A stretch of DNA of 64,000 nucleotides. It comes from Rotaria socialis. Its lineage: Eukaryota. The notes beneath the pieces were generated by a model. It was not told the origin of the DNA and did not search any database. It was given only the letters and a program-made list of their open reading frames with translations. The stretch is taken from NCBI GenBank assembly GCA_905331295.1, contig CAJNYD010000464.1, forward strand, positions 1 to 64,000, given 5' to 3'. Shown piece by piece: positions 50,307 to 64,000 of the stretch (position 1 is the first letter of the stretch; the number at the start of each line of letters is the position of its first letter). A program made the translations under genes and the position numbers.

Positions 50307-53300
50307 GTTGTCGACTTAACACAACGCTATCGTATCGTAGAATTTGATATGAAGAGCTTAATACAATGTGGTTTTATGATTTATTTAACCGTCAGAATTT
50401 ATAATAAAGGCAACTGTAGGTAAACACAGGTGCATGTAGCCAATATTCTCTAGGTGAATAAAGAGCACAAGGGATTAATTTGATTCTATTCTCTTGTTAT
50501 TGCTTTGTGTTGATTAAATACCAGTTAACATTTTACATCATCATCCAGAAAACATCTGTTTCCTCGTTTTTAAGCCTATCTCAAGTACATGTCATGCTGT
50601 TGGATTAGCGTTTTGTGCACGATAAAAAAATGAAGCTGATTCAAATCGTTGGTATACAAATGATGAAGAACCGCTTTATTAAAATATCAATACATATAGT
50701 ACATGGAGCACTGTAGACAAATCAAGACACTTGCATCTTTAACTGTCTGTTGATTCACTACAAGGGTTACTTTGAATATCAATATATGGATGAAATATTG
50801 GCTCTTTCTGCTCACTTGTCCTTTCAAAACAGATAGACGACGATGAGTTTCCAAGGTCAAAAATCGGCAATCAAGTTTTATCGGATATTTTTCTTGAAGG
50901 AGCTGTCGAATATGTCTTAACATTTTGTAAATATCGCATTAATTGTCGAGGGTTCGGAAGCAATTTGCTTTCCTGAAATACTGATTTCAATACTCCTGAA
51001 GTATTTTGGAATCCATTGTTTTTGATATTGGAAATCTAATCGGATATTTTCAGGAATAGTCAGTGTAGTCTAGGAAATTTATATCGTCAAAAATTAAGCG
51101 GAAGTCATTTGAAATATGCGGAAATTCCCTGTTGGCGTCCAAAATGTTGCTCCGAGTATATTCAATCTAAAAATCGTATGATAATGAATCGAAATTCGAC
51201 TCTGAGTTGTTGTTGGCTAAAACGAAAGTCTTCGATATTTCCAGAATGTTCTCGAAACTGAAACTGCTCACAATAATAAACATAGCCTAATCCATCAGGA
51301 ATCTTCCCTTCTATGAGCCATTTTAATTCCATTAAAATAACCTTATGTTATCATTACATTCTTGCACTGTTTTCGATTTCGAATACACTTTAAGGGATTA
51401 AGTTAGTGGGTATGTTAACGTTAAGATGACAAGTAAATAAGATAGACGGACAGCTAAAGGGATAGGTTTGTCGGTTCAAATCGTGCAAGCACACAGATCG
51501 AGTGTATTGTAACTGTGACGAAATTTTTAGCGTGAATTGAAGACGGTTTGGTATGAAACCATATTTTTACGAAACTCAAAAAAAGAAGGTTTCGATTTCG
51601 TTGCACATCTCTGAACCTTTATTCAGTCCCGTATGAAACTTTTTTTCAGTGTAGATAAATTGTACAACCTTGTTAAAAACCCGACCTGGTTCAGTCGGAT
51701 TCCTTTATTTTTCTAGCATGACCCGATATGATCTCGCCGCATTCCAGGTCACTGGACTTAGGGTTCGTTTCGATAAGATTCATCGGTCGGAATTCTCGAC
51801 TTGGGTGAATCCGACCTTTGTTCAAAAACAAACCAAAAAAGATAGAAAAGAACACGGTTTTGTATCTTTTGTTAGAATATTAAACTGTTCTAAGCAATGC
51901 TTTAGCACAATCAAGCAAATATGATCGTCGATAAACTTCACGTCAAGATAAACAGATTTCAACTTGATCAAGATTCCAAAGATCTATTTTATTTGTATGT
52001 TTAATAGTTTCCAAATGAAATCTTCTTGCACGAAATAAACGGCCATTTTCCCTCGAATAATTTTAATAGCAATTGCATAAATCTGCTTTTATAGTAACAG
52101 CCTTATTAGTTATTTCACCCCTGATCCATTTGTAAAATGAACGATCAAATTGGAACACAACGCTATTTATCAGAAAATAAATACAATTTCTCTCTACTTT
52201 CTGTGGTTCGTTTCGAAAAGGATACTAAAGCTAATAAAATTGTGGTGACTGTTTCAAGCAATCCTATATGTTTAACTCGCATTTTATATTCGGTTGATGC
52301 AAAAAAACTGAAAAAAAACAAATAGAAAGCAGCAATACTGTCAATGGATCGTACATTTGTCGATTATGCAATCTGATTTTATGAGAATCATGTCAATTTT
52401 TATGTGTGGACATAGCCAATGTAACAATTGTTGATCTCATTTGAATATTAGATGTTTTGTGATCAAGGTATAGTCAAATCTACCGAATGTCTTGAACAAT
52501 CTCAGAAAGACGAAGTCTTTGTTATAAAATTATTTTCTAGTCAAAAATAATGTCTGATCGAGGTTTCACGAATGATTTATTTACGGATTACGAGTAATAT
52601 CTTGTTTAATTGCGATGCGAATACATTTGATTGGTTTTATATTCATTTTGTTCTTTGGTTGCTCTTTGAAAACTAAACTTTTTATTTCTGAATAACAACA
52701 CACTACAGGGAAGGAAACGATAAATTTTCATAAGAATTGAGAAAATAGAGCACTAGGAAATAAACAAGAAAAAATAGAATATAAAACAGCTATGAAGATC
52801 ATTATCTTTTTTTTTAATAATTTCGTTGTCATACATTTGTCTGGTCCTCAGTATCATTTTTACTATGAATTCCAGTCACAATATTTCCCTGCAGAAGGGG
52901 GTCTACAAGATACTGATTCTTGACATCAAATTTGCTGGTGATTGTAAACAGCATAGACATGATTATTCAGAATTTATTAATTCTAAAGAGACACTTACTC
53001 GTGGCCACCAATTATACGTCCTGAAAGTTGTTGTGCATTTTCTTGTCGACTACACGTACTACTCTCGATTGGCTGTATATAACTGATACGCTCTCTATAA
53101 TCTCTCATCGATTGCTAGAGAATATTTCGAAGATGCTTGACTTATGACTATTCTTAAATATTCTTGATAAGTGCAATCGCTTCATCCATGAATCAACAAC
53201 TATATGAATGGAAATGCATAGAGAAAGTCTACACACGAATTGTAGATAACTGCCAAAGTGCTGGATTTTACAAGAATGGCATACTTAGTTAAACTGATTG

Positions 53301-56045
53301 ACTTCAAATTCAAAGAATGGAAATCTTCCGGTTTTTCTCGAGAATTGACCTCATGGATGAAGAGGTCTATACAAAAAACATTACATATATTCATGTAAAA
53401 AGTTTATTTCTTAAACATTTTTTCATACAAATCTTGAGCAGTATCATATCGACTGTATACAGCCATTGTACAATAAGCAAGAAGCAAGCTATTTGAAATC
53501 AATTTGGTCCGATGCATGATTATTGTAGAAAGATACAGGATGTGAGAGTTTTTTGTATTTGAAAATAAACCGATGACTAACTAGTCATTTTTATTATTAT
53601 TACTGGCGATGTGATTTCATAAGATGGCGACATCTCGATTGGTACTTATCGTTCTAATGCATATCTACGGTCTAGCAATTTTCATGAGTACTATGCGTTT
53701 ACAAATTGGTTTTTCTTTCTGTGCTCGTTGCATTTCGTTTTTTCTTACATTTGCGGTAGGTATGCAATACAAACATGAGAATGAGGAAGGCTATGATGGC
53801 TGTTAGTGGGATCTCACTTCTAGCAGAAACTAAGAGCTAAGTAAAATACTCAAATTCTATCAAAAGACTAATGCTGTGACACTAAACTGGGAATTTTTGC
53901 TCGCAGAAAAAAATCGATTTTGAGATTCGAGATCTACTCCAATGCATGTAGATCGTTACATGAATATATTGCAATTACCGTCACCACATCAATAATCAAG
54001 AGTTAATAACCATATATTTCAATAACGAAAATATTTTTGTGGCGGTCTAATAAAAGCTCGTCAGATAGAAGATTTTTTCTCACTGTTGATGAAGCATGAA
54101 ATTATCTTTCGAGTAATGATTATTTGGAAAAGAGCTTGATTTACTTCCGTTCAAATATTTATGAATCTTTTTAGTTTTTTTCTCAAGTTATCTTTGACTT
54201 TTGTATTTTATTTTTGTTCAATTATTGAGACATTTACCATTGCCAATAGTTCGAAGGGGTTTGATTGTATTCTTCTTTTGGTTCGCTTCGCCGGTTATTT
54301 GTGGTTCTTCATTTGCTCTTACGCGATAATTGTCAAATGGATGGACGATCTTATCTGTATAGTTGGCATTCATGCTTCCTCGTAAAATTTAAAATTAAAA
54401 CGAAAAGACAGATTTTAATATAGCTATGACTTTAGAGTTTTTCACTTAATATTGAACTGCATGCTTCTTTTGTTAGTTACTGGTATGAGATTTATTTCGT
54501 GGAAATGAGTTTTACAAAGAAAAATGTAAGTATACGTGTTACAGCTTCTACAACGCTAAATTTGTCATTAGAAACCTTAGATTTAAGGTACATGATTACG
54601 AAAGCTTTTTCAATTATCAGCATGAGAAAACAAGAATCAAACTAATCTTAACCAGTTTCGTGTACATTTTGCAGAGTAAACATTGATAATCTATCCTGTT
54701 TTTGAAGAATATAAGATTTAAAACAAGGGTTGAAGTATTACGATTTCAAAATTTGTATACATTCGATCCTAATTAGTCATTAGACTTATGGAAAGAAAAA
54801 CGTTACTGACTATTTGTCAACGAATTTTAAAGATTCATTAGACAATGTTTTGACATTTGAGAAATTTCAGATGATTTATGATCAAAGTTGGAAAATGGCT
54901 TAAGATTATTATCTAACTGAGGTTGTTTAAAATAATCCTTTGTTAGATATAACTAGGGTTGGTACATTTACTTTATTTTTTTCCAAAGTAAATAAGTAAA
55001 GTAAATATAAAGTGCCACCTCTAGATCTTATACGTTGCTCGCGAAAAATAAAATATTTCCACTCATCGAAGCTATAGAATTTGTTTTTATTTAGACGATT
55101 TCATCTTTCTAGCAACAATACAACTACCATGTCTGCTATGGTTGTTTCTCGCTAAGAAACGTACGATTCAAGTGACACTCGTAAAATTGATTCTCTCGAA
55201 AACAGTTTAAAATATGCAAAAAATGAAATTATTTACTCTTCTGCATACCAAACTGTTCAATCATAAGTGAGAAGGCAGCAAAAAGAAAAGATTACTCTGT
55301 TCAATTCTATTTCAAGATTTTAATTTACAACTAGCGACGCATATTCTTGTCGGTGAAAAACGAGTGACTATTATGATCTTGAGATGTGCATTTCTGCTAT
55401 GCAGAGTATTACAGCCGCATTCCTGTTACAGTTTCACTCACTGCAGCTGAACATCGCTTCATGTAATTTGAGGTGCTCTGTTGTCTCTGTATACTACAAG
55501 TCTTACGTTTCTACAGCATTTGATACCAATGTGAGAATGTAGTAGGTAATAATTTCCAACAAGCACTCTTTTTTCTGAATTTCAAGTTTCTGATCTGACC
55601 ATCCTGGTAACAATAATAGTTGTTTGCCCGATAGCATTACTGCACAATTTTCCGTTCAAGTTTCTAATCCAGCTGGAAAACTCTGCACCTGCGTGATATC
55701 GTTTGCTTAGTCTAATTCATACATGGAACCGGTACTGGTCTGTTGGCGATCTATTACTGGTCTAACTTTTTAATTTTCCTGCTTTTATCACAAACACTAG
55801 TACAAAGTTGTTATTTGCAGAACGATATAGCTATATCGTTCTGTAAGGATGTGGGTGTGGGAATATGCACACAAGAACACACACACTCACATTCTCAAGA
55901 ACGAATGCAGATGTCAAAGATTGACCGTAGTTCACTTATTTCAATATGAAAAGTTGATCTTTACGTTTTCATGAGTACCTGTTGATCGTTTAAAGAGTGT
56001 TAAAAATATTTTAAACAATTTTTGTTCTAGATACAGAATTTTTAT

Positions 56046-58489
56046 ATGGCTTCTAGTAGTTTTCATGAAAAACCTTCGGCTCTGCGATTTACCGACGTGG
56101 GTGAATTGCCAAAACGAATGTTGGCACCGATCGAAGGCTATGAGACGGTTCCACTTGTATCTCTCGAAGAAGCTGTAAAACCTCTTGTGGATATAGTACC
56201 AAACGTCGAACGAAATGTATATGTAGTGAAAGAGAACTGTCAAGATCCAGAAGATGGCTTAACAACTGACGAATCAGCTTCGATTATGCTTTATACGTAC
56301 GAGTCAATACCGCATGAAAACTCGTTGTATGTTAAATTGAATGACACTACGATCTGAAGAAAGAAAACATCTAGTTCCATGGTTCCTCTATCTTCGACTC
56401 ATGCTGACTGCACTTGCTCGACTTCCATCAAAGCGTCGTTCAATTTTCCGAGGAGTCAAAAAGGAATTATGGCTCGACTATCCAGAAGGGAAAGTTTTTA
56501 TTTGGTGGGGTTTTTCTTCATGCACTTCGACTATCGGAGTGTTGAAGAATGAACATTTTTTTGGCAAAACAGGTGAAAGAACTCTTTTTAAAATAAAGTG
56601 CACTACAGCCAAGAACATAAAGAAACATTCATTTATAGTCAATGAGGATGAAATACTTCTATTAACCGCTAGACAATTTGAGGTTAAATCATGTCTAAAT
56701 CCTGGAAACGGACTTCATATTGTACAACTCAAAGAGTTGAAGCCAAAGTTCGATCTTCTTCAACCAGTCTCAATACCTAATTTAACAGTTCAGTCCAATA
56801 TAAGTTCGCAAGGTATATCTCCACCAATCTCTGGAGCCATGGGAGCACAATTTTCAGCCACGCAAGCAACATCAAAATGTAAGTCATACTTCATGAATCA
56901 ATTAGATATGTGTTACTTAGGCGTTAATAGAGATAATGCATTAAAACATTAGTGAAAAATATAAATCATCTTCATACTGCATCATAAAAGAACAAAAGAA
57001 AAAAGCAGTGATTATTAGCAAGTAATAGTAGACGTCTGATAATAACGATTCGTATAAAGTCAGGTGTTAAGAGCATACCACAGTAGTGTAGTTTGATATA
57101 TTTTCAAAGAGTATATTTGTGGCATGCCAATTTAGTTAGGGTCAAAATACTATTTTCTGAATTTGTATTTCATATAGAAATATTTAATGAGGTGCTTCGA
57201 GAGTTTTCTTTTCCTTTTACTTACTAAAAAACGTACGCATGCTTTTTGTGACCTCACGATCTTAGATATGATCAGTCAGAAAAGAATTCATTCTTTTTAA
57301 ATTCGAAATAATAAAACGAAAAAGTTTGGCGCCATTTTCTTTTTATTAATATGCTGAACAGTTACAAAATACCTGGGTGTAGGTACGAATGTGGATGTGT
57401 TCGTAATCCACACCGGCACCCTCACTTGTCAGCAAAATATTAGCTTACAAGCTTTGAATCACGCCGGGCGGTTCCCTCGTAAGACTATACTTGCGAGAGC
57501 AGTTTTTTCCCCTAATATCGCTACCACTTCAGAGATAGAGTGAGCGATCTCCTTTGATTGTACGTTCTCTCTTCTAGTTGATATTCCTGATAATGCTGAA
57601 TGGACACAGAACGGAGTGACGATTGCTGGAAGTCACGGGCAAGGCGATGCCACTAATCAACTCTTCTGGCCCCATGGTCTTTTCGTTGATGACGATCAAA
57701 CAGTGGCTGTTGCTGACTTTGGGAATGATCGCATCATCCAATGGAAGAAAGATGATACAACGAATGGACAAGTTATTGCTGGTGGCAAAGACCAAGGAAA
57801 TGGATTGAATCAATTGAATCGACCAACAGATGTATTAATTGACAAAGAGACGGATAGTCTCATTATTTGTGATTGGCAGAATCAACGAGTTGTGCGATGG
57901 TCTCGTCGTAGTGGTACAACACAAGAAGAAATATTCATAGACAACATCGCTTGTTATGGATTGGCATTGAATGAACAGAGATATCTCTACGTCTCTGGCA
58001 CCAAAAAACATGAAGTAAGACTATATCAATTGGGTGGGAAGAATTACACTGTCGTAGCTGGTGGAAATGGGCAAGGTGATGGTCTCAATCAACTCAAATT
58101 TCCGGCATATCTCTTTGTCGATCGACAACAGAATGTTTACATATCAGACTGGAATAATCATCGTGTAATGAAATGGACTATAGATGCACAAGGAAGGTGT
58201 TGTCGTCGCTGGAGGTCAAGGCTTAGGGAATGATCGGACACAACTTTATTGTCCTAATGGACTTTTCGTTGATGCGTTGGGTACACTCTATGTAGCAGAC
58301 TCTTGGAATCATCGTGTAATGCGTTGGACTCAATGAGCGAAAAAAGGCACTATAATTGTGGGTGGAAATGGCCGAGGAGAAGGAGCAAATCAGTTCAACA
58401 TCCCCATTAGTTTGTCTTTCGATCGATATTTCAATCTTTATGTCACCGATTATAATAATAATTGTGTTAAACGATTTTCAATCGAATAG
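56046..58489 (+). pseudogene. ADP-ribosyltransferase plus NHL-repeat gene; exons 56046-56878 and 57578-58489; disrupted
   Basis: ART motifs IFRG, WGFSSCT and EDEILL; NHL repeats (VAGGNGQG..LNQL..P..LFVD..YISDWNNHRVMKW). Frameshifts near 56348 and 58190; TGA at 58334. Confidence 0.88.
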
Positions 58490-59972
58490 ACTTATGAATT
58501 GTCGATTTTCGTTTCTTTCTCTTTTTCTACTTTGAAATAAATGAAAAAGAAAATTTCTTTCTTTCTCTCTCTCTCTCTCTCTCTCGTTCGAAAGAAAAGA
58601 ACATCCTTACTGAATTTGGTTGTTCGTTTTGAGATTGACCTAAAATCAGAGAGATAAAATTTTTTCCTATTGTATCAAATATTAGGATAGTTATTTACGA
58701 GATATTGAATTTATCTTTCATCGACAGTTTCGATTCATTCTAACAAAAATTGAAGTTTTTTGAAAATAGCCGAGCACGAAATTTTATGAATCAACGAATT
58801 GCAATAGAACTATTTAAAAGTAATTTGCTCTTTATAATATGAGTTGACAGTTAATTTTATACAATTATGAGAAAAAGATTAATAAAAGTAGTGATTAATG
58901 ATATTTGTTCAAAAGAAAAACTTTTCGTTAGATTCATCACAATTAAAAGTGATTTTGTCAGATTTATATATTATAAGAATACGGTTGCATAACTTCTTAA
59001 CAAATTTTCTATGATCATTAAACACAAAATCGATGTCAAAGTCATGTGATATCTACTGGAATTAAGTCGAAAATAAAAGTCAAAGTCATTGAACAAATAT
59101 GCTCTCTCTCTGCAATCATCTCACAGCTTCTACCATCAATAATTGTTGGCAAACCATGCATAAATACATGTAATGAACTCAACTGCGGTAAATTTTAGAG
59201 TGAATACACAGCCGCTGATCAATTTGGTAGTTTATAGTTAGGATCAAAATAAAAAAGAAGAATACGAACAGAGAGAATAGTGGGTAGAAATAAAGAACAG
59301 TTGTTCAGACAATTAATACTATTCACCAGAGTTATAGTGCGAAGAGTAGATAAATATATAGGAATGGATTTATTATAACACAACAAGGGCAACGTTTCAA
59401 TGCAATCAGATAATACCACATGAAGTAAAGAACACTTAGATTATACGAAATTTCGACTTGATGCATCGAGTGTGCAAATATATGATTGATTCACTGTCGG
59501 ATTATTGAGAAAAGGTGCTTCAAGTACTTTTATTTTAGTGACGTATTTTTCTTCAGACTATTTCTGAAAGAATTCATCAAATGCCCGTGGAAGAGTATAT
59601 CACATATGATGATACTATGGACTTCCACATCTCTTGAGGGCGTGGGTAGGAGTATTTTATAGGCAACTTGTAGCCGTCACTTTCACATCCGCCCTCTTCC
59701 TTTTAATCCGCGATCAGGATCAATGCATACTCGAGAGATATAAATAAAATAAGTGCTTGTTGCGATGAAAATTGTTGATTATATCTCATATCCTTCAACT
59801 GGCATTTGATGTTGTTATTTGAGAAAGGCTTCGTAAATAGTAAATATTTGATGTAATACAACATAGAACGCGCACATCTTTACTATTTTAGTCACATATT
59901 GTGTTGAAGAAAAATTTATTTCTTACATTGACTCACACATCGGCAGACTGCGAGCAAGACAAAACTGACACG

Positions 59973-62281
59973 ATGAATGAGTTACTAAAGGTATTCCTCA
60001 TTTTGAATTTATGTGCAATAACTTTGGCCTGGCATTCTTGCGAATTCAACGATAAATCGTTGAATAAAACAATAGAGAACAATGTGACTATTCAAGCTGA
60101 ATGTATGTATTTGACTAGTCCACTTGAATGGAGTGAATTTGATCCGAATAATTTTGATGGTTTTTACTATAATTCGACAAGATCTATCCCATTGACTCAT
60201 CTACATATCAAACGCTTATTTTTTTCTGATTTGCCACCACGAAATACTTCGGCTGTCAAGCACATCATTAATTATTGGCTTGTAAACGGTGGTGGTGGTT
60301 CTCAATACGGAATGGAAGCATTTGGTGTATCTATGTTGAGACAAATTATTCTAGATAAATATCATAAAACATATCCTCAGACACATCCAATAATGTATCT
60401 ATTTCAATACAGAGGAGCAGGATTGAGTACACCGTCGATTCATTGTTATACTGCGAAAACATGGATTGATTGCGCAAAAGAATTAATTGAAACAACTGTA
60501 CCAACTTCTGCCAATGAATCATTGAAAATAATCAATGCTATGACAAATCAAAATATTGCCCAAGATTTACAATATCAAATTCAATATTCAATCAATGAAT
60601 CGCAATCCATAGCGTCGACATCAACTTATGTATACGGACTAAGTCAAGGTATAAATTGGTAGTAAGCATAACATCACCCCTTGGTGTTGGTGGATCTGCA
60701 TGTGTGGGTAGCTGTATGAGTGTAGTCATGCGAGAAGAGAATACTAAACCGATTTTTTTCAATTCGAATTAAGACTTGAGATTACTTAAATACACGTATG
60801 CCGTGCTGAATTAACGATCAAAACTGAGCCGTTGCGAATAACTATAAACGATTATAGGAAAACGGTAAAATATCAGTTTTAGACATATTGATTGATAGTA
60901 TCGAATTACATGAGAAAAATCTTCTAGTTAAACTATTTCTTTGTATAACCTTTGACTCATCGCAAGTGCTCATCGAATTATAGGTACAGGCATTATTCAA
61001 TACTATCTGTCAATTCAATCGATCAATGGCCAAATACAACCGATCGACGGAATAATCCTCGACGGTATAATGTCAATAAAAAAGTCGGATGCCTTTCAAA
61101 ATCAAATCAAATCAATCAACAATCGATTTTATTTGTATTTATCCAAATGTCAAAATGATGTATCATGTGCGAACGCTTTCAAACGTGTCACTGGCACTGA
61201 TGAAGATATTATAACTGTTACATTAACATTACAAATGCAGTTCTTGACCAATCTCACAAATCCTACGTGTACAACTAATCTAGGATTGAATACTTGGAGT
61301 TTATTTCATAGTATTGCTAGTCAAAGCATTGAACTCATTTCGGTTCGTCCACTTGCTGCAATACTCATTGCACGTCTATATCGTTGCTCAGCTGAAGATC
61401 AACGAGTTCTATCGCGAGCAATACCAAATTTGATTGCCGTAGCAGAACAATCGTTAGCACCAAGTTTAGTCGATCCACCAACTGTACATCCAGATGATGG
61501 AAATGTTTTAAGTATAACAACAGTATGGAGTGATTTTGTTGGTTTTACTTTGGAAGAAAATTTCAAAACGAATCCTAGTTTTTTCAATGATTTTTGCATC
61601 AATAGTGGCGTTCTGAATGAATATTATTTAGCACCAACAGGCCCATTGCCAGTGTGTCGTGAAGTACAGTCAGCAAAATACAACTATACCATTCCATCCA
61701 TATTTACTGATATTTTATATACAAAAAATCCTCGTTATTGGGGACAATTTCAAGTGAATCCACAGATATTTCGATCGACTAACGGTGGAGCATTGCTTTT
61801 GAACGGAGATCTAGATTATAATTCACCCATGTATTCAGCACAACAAACTCAGCTATGGCTCCAATCTGAACATATTCGTACAAAATTAATCGAAATGAAA
61901 GGTTTAGCACATGTCACTAGCGTACAATCACATACCAAACAAGGTGGATTTCAATCAACAACATGTACAGATCAGATTATCGTTCAATTTTTGTATCAAC
62001 AAGAGCTGAATTTAGATTTAGAAACGATCAATTATACGTGCAGTTTGAAAGAAAATTTAATTGGCATTGATTGGCTGTATTCAAATCCCATTGTCAATCA
62101 AACATTGCATACATTATTCGGTAATTCAGTCATTGATTATTGGGGAATAAACGCAACAGAGGTGGAATTAGTCGAAACAACAACAAAATCAACTGCGAAC
62201 CAGTCTGCACGGCTTTCTTGTAAACATGTAATCTTGATGTCATTCATGATGCTGTCATGTTGCATATCAATGTTTATTTGA
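59973..62281 (+). CDS. Secreted, possibly GPI-anchored alpha/beta hydrolase (TAP-like peptidase); exons 59973-60648 and 60984-62281
   Basis: Signal peptide, NGGGG, YRGAGLS, nucleophile elbow YGLSQ|GT across a 335-nt intron, NGDLDYNSP, GLAH and a hydrophobic C-terminus. Confidence 0.82.
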
Positions 62282-63504
62282 CAAAATGAAGTAAAACATT
62301 GACTGAATAAAACATCTGAAAAATCTATTCAATCGAACGAAGTTGAAGCTAATTTTTCGATTGTGCAGTTCCATGTGTTTATTTTCACGAACTGTTAGGC
62401 AGAGGAAGGAGAGGGATAGGAGTGAAGAACGTTTTTGAATCCAAACAGACGCTCACACCCAAATCTTCAAGATGCTATGATCGAGTATGGTTTGTCGATC
62501 TGAAACGCTCATCAACAGCATCGATTGACTGTTTGAGTACACGTGGATAATATTTCGATTCAGGCATATTTTTCACCTCCAATTTATATTATATAATACC
62601 GGTTTGTGTATATCGGTCGCGTGTTTCTTCTTCCTCATTCGTCTACCTATGCAATCGACAGTTGGTTTTTCCTACTTTCATAAAGAAAGCGAACGATAAA
62701 TAAACACACATTCGAACGAGAGATATTTTGCTTCATTTTGTCCATTACAGAGGCAAAGGTAAGTGATGGTTAACTTCAACAATATAGTGAGAACAAAACA
62801 AATCCTCTCAAGACATAAGTGTGTCGAATAAATTTCAATGAAATTATCTTTGGCCGTTTTAGTTATCTAAATTAAAAGATACTGCAATGTCGCGATTGTC
62901 AACAAGAAAAAGTTTAATTTCTGAAATCAGTTCTACCACTGATGAAGATTCGTCGCTAAATGTGCCCAACATCAATTATACAGCTCAGCCAAAAAAATAC
63001 TCAAATTCGCCTGAGAAAAAATCAAATAAATTCAAATCCATTTTATCAAATTGTGCAGCATCGGTGTCTCCGAAAGGTTCCAAACCATTATCTCGAGTTA
63101 TTCCGGACGACGACACAAGTAATAATGACAATTTGATATCCGTTTAAGTAACACTACTGAAGAGGAAATATCTCAATATGATAAATCATTTTTGACATGA
63201 GTTTGATTTCATGAAATAGACTTTCTTATAACTGCAGAAGATCTAAATTGATTGGTGTTCTTGAGTGTTACAATATTTTTTCAAGCATTCACAAGTTTCA
63301 ATAGAAGCTATTTAATGAGATACATTCGTAGACGAATATCACACAAGAACTGCCTTCTAACGTAGAACATCTAGCTACGCTATAGTATAATAAATTATTA
63401 TAGTCTCTAAGAAGTACAAAGATATAAATTATCATTTCAAATATCCAAACAAAAATAATGATCATTTTCAAGATTAAAAAGTAAAAAATTGGTATTTATT
63501 GTAG

Positions 63505-64000
63505 TGTCTAATCATCCATTATCATTGCCATATGATACTTGCGGAGAATCTTTACCTCTGACTAAATGCAAACTGTGTCTTCAGGCAACATCAGACCATT
63601 CATTATCTTGTTGTTCGTCAGCTGTTTGTTCATCATGCATTTCTTCTTATTTATCTATGCATATTACTAAAGATCAAATTCGTATATTTTGTCCATCGTG
63701 TCGACATATATTTACTCGCGATGAAATTCTATCATTATTATTTGAAAACAATTGCAATCGAAAGCTAGTGGAAGAATATACACGCTGTTATGCTGATATA
63801 AACCGTGAGGAACATAGAAAAACTTGTCCTAAATGTTGTACAATAAAAGAAATTAATAAAGATTTACTTCAAAATGTTCGTGGAAGGAAAAATACTCCGC
63901 GACATGTTATTTGTGATGACTGCCAATTTGAATGGTGCTTATATTGTCATGTGGTATGGCATCATGAAATGACTTGTGAGGAATATCGTGACGGAGAACA
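63505..64000 (+). CDS. Internal exon of an RBR E3 ubiquitin ligase (RING1 + IBR, RNF217-like); runs off the window end
   Basis: Open frame CKLC..SCCSSAVCSSC..IFCPSC, then KTCPKC..VICDDCQFEWCLYCHVVWHHEMTCEEY. The ORF at 62887 may be its first exon, but the junction is unresolved. Confidence 0.82.

Larger units (their letters stand above)
5635..62460. repeat. Dispersed family of 40-80-bp head-to-head GGGTGT / ACACCC inverted repeats
   Basis: Copies at about 5635, 7701, 8791, 17268, 24852, 25239, 26241, 36773, 37111, 41492, 43521, 47923, 55847, 57375, 59635 and 62411. Confidence 0.75.

Overview
AT-rich eukaryotic DNA with short (about 50-60 nt) GT-AG introns and a 996-N gap (19096-20091). The gene families (ART-TPR, ART-NHL, EGF-GPCR, F-box-like, PPR-DYW, bacterial-type S9 peptidase, MFS and racemase) point to a bdelloid rotifer; this is an inference. 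About half of the genes are pseudogenes. Main observations: (1) a 4-exon iodothyronine-deiodinase-like selenoprotein gene, split by the ORF track, with an in-frame TGA in GSTS-U-PPF and a type II SECIS in its 3' UTR; (2) a plant-type PPR-DYW deaminase gene, disrupted as assembled; (3) at least 15 short head-to-head telomere-like inverted repeats (GGGTGT...ACACCC), three of them at gene truncation points; (4) a 436-codon frame whose only lesions are three TGA codons at probable Trp positions; (5) a MULE-like MITE with a 9-bp TSD whose empty site is present in a paralogous copy in the same window. All family calls come from motif recognition; no searches were run.
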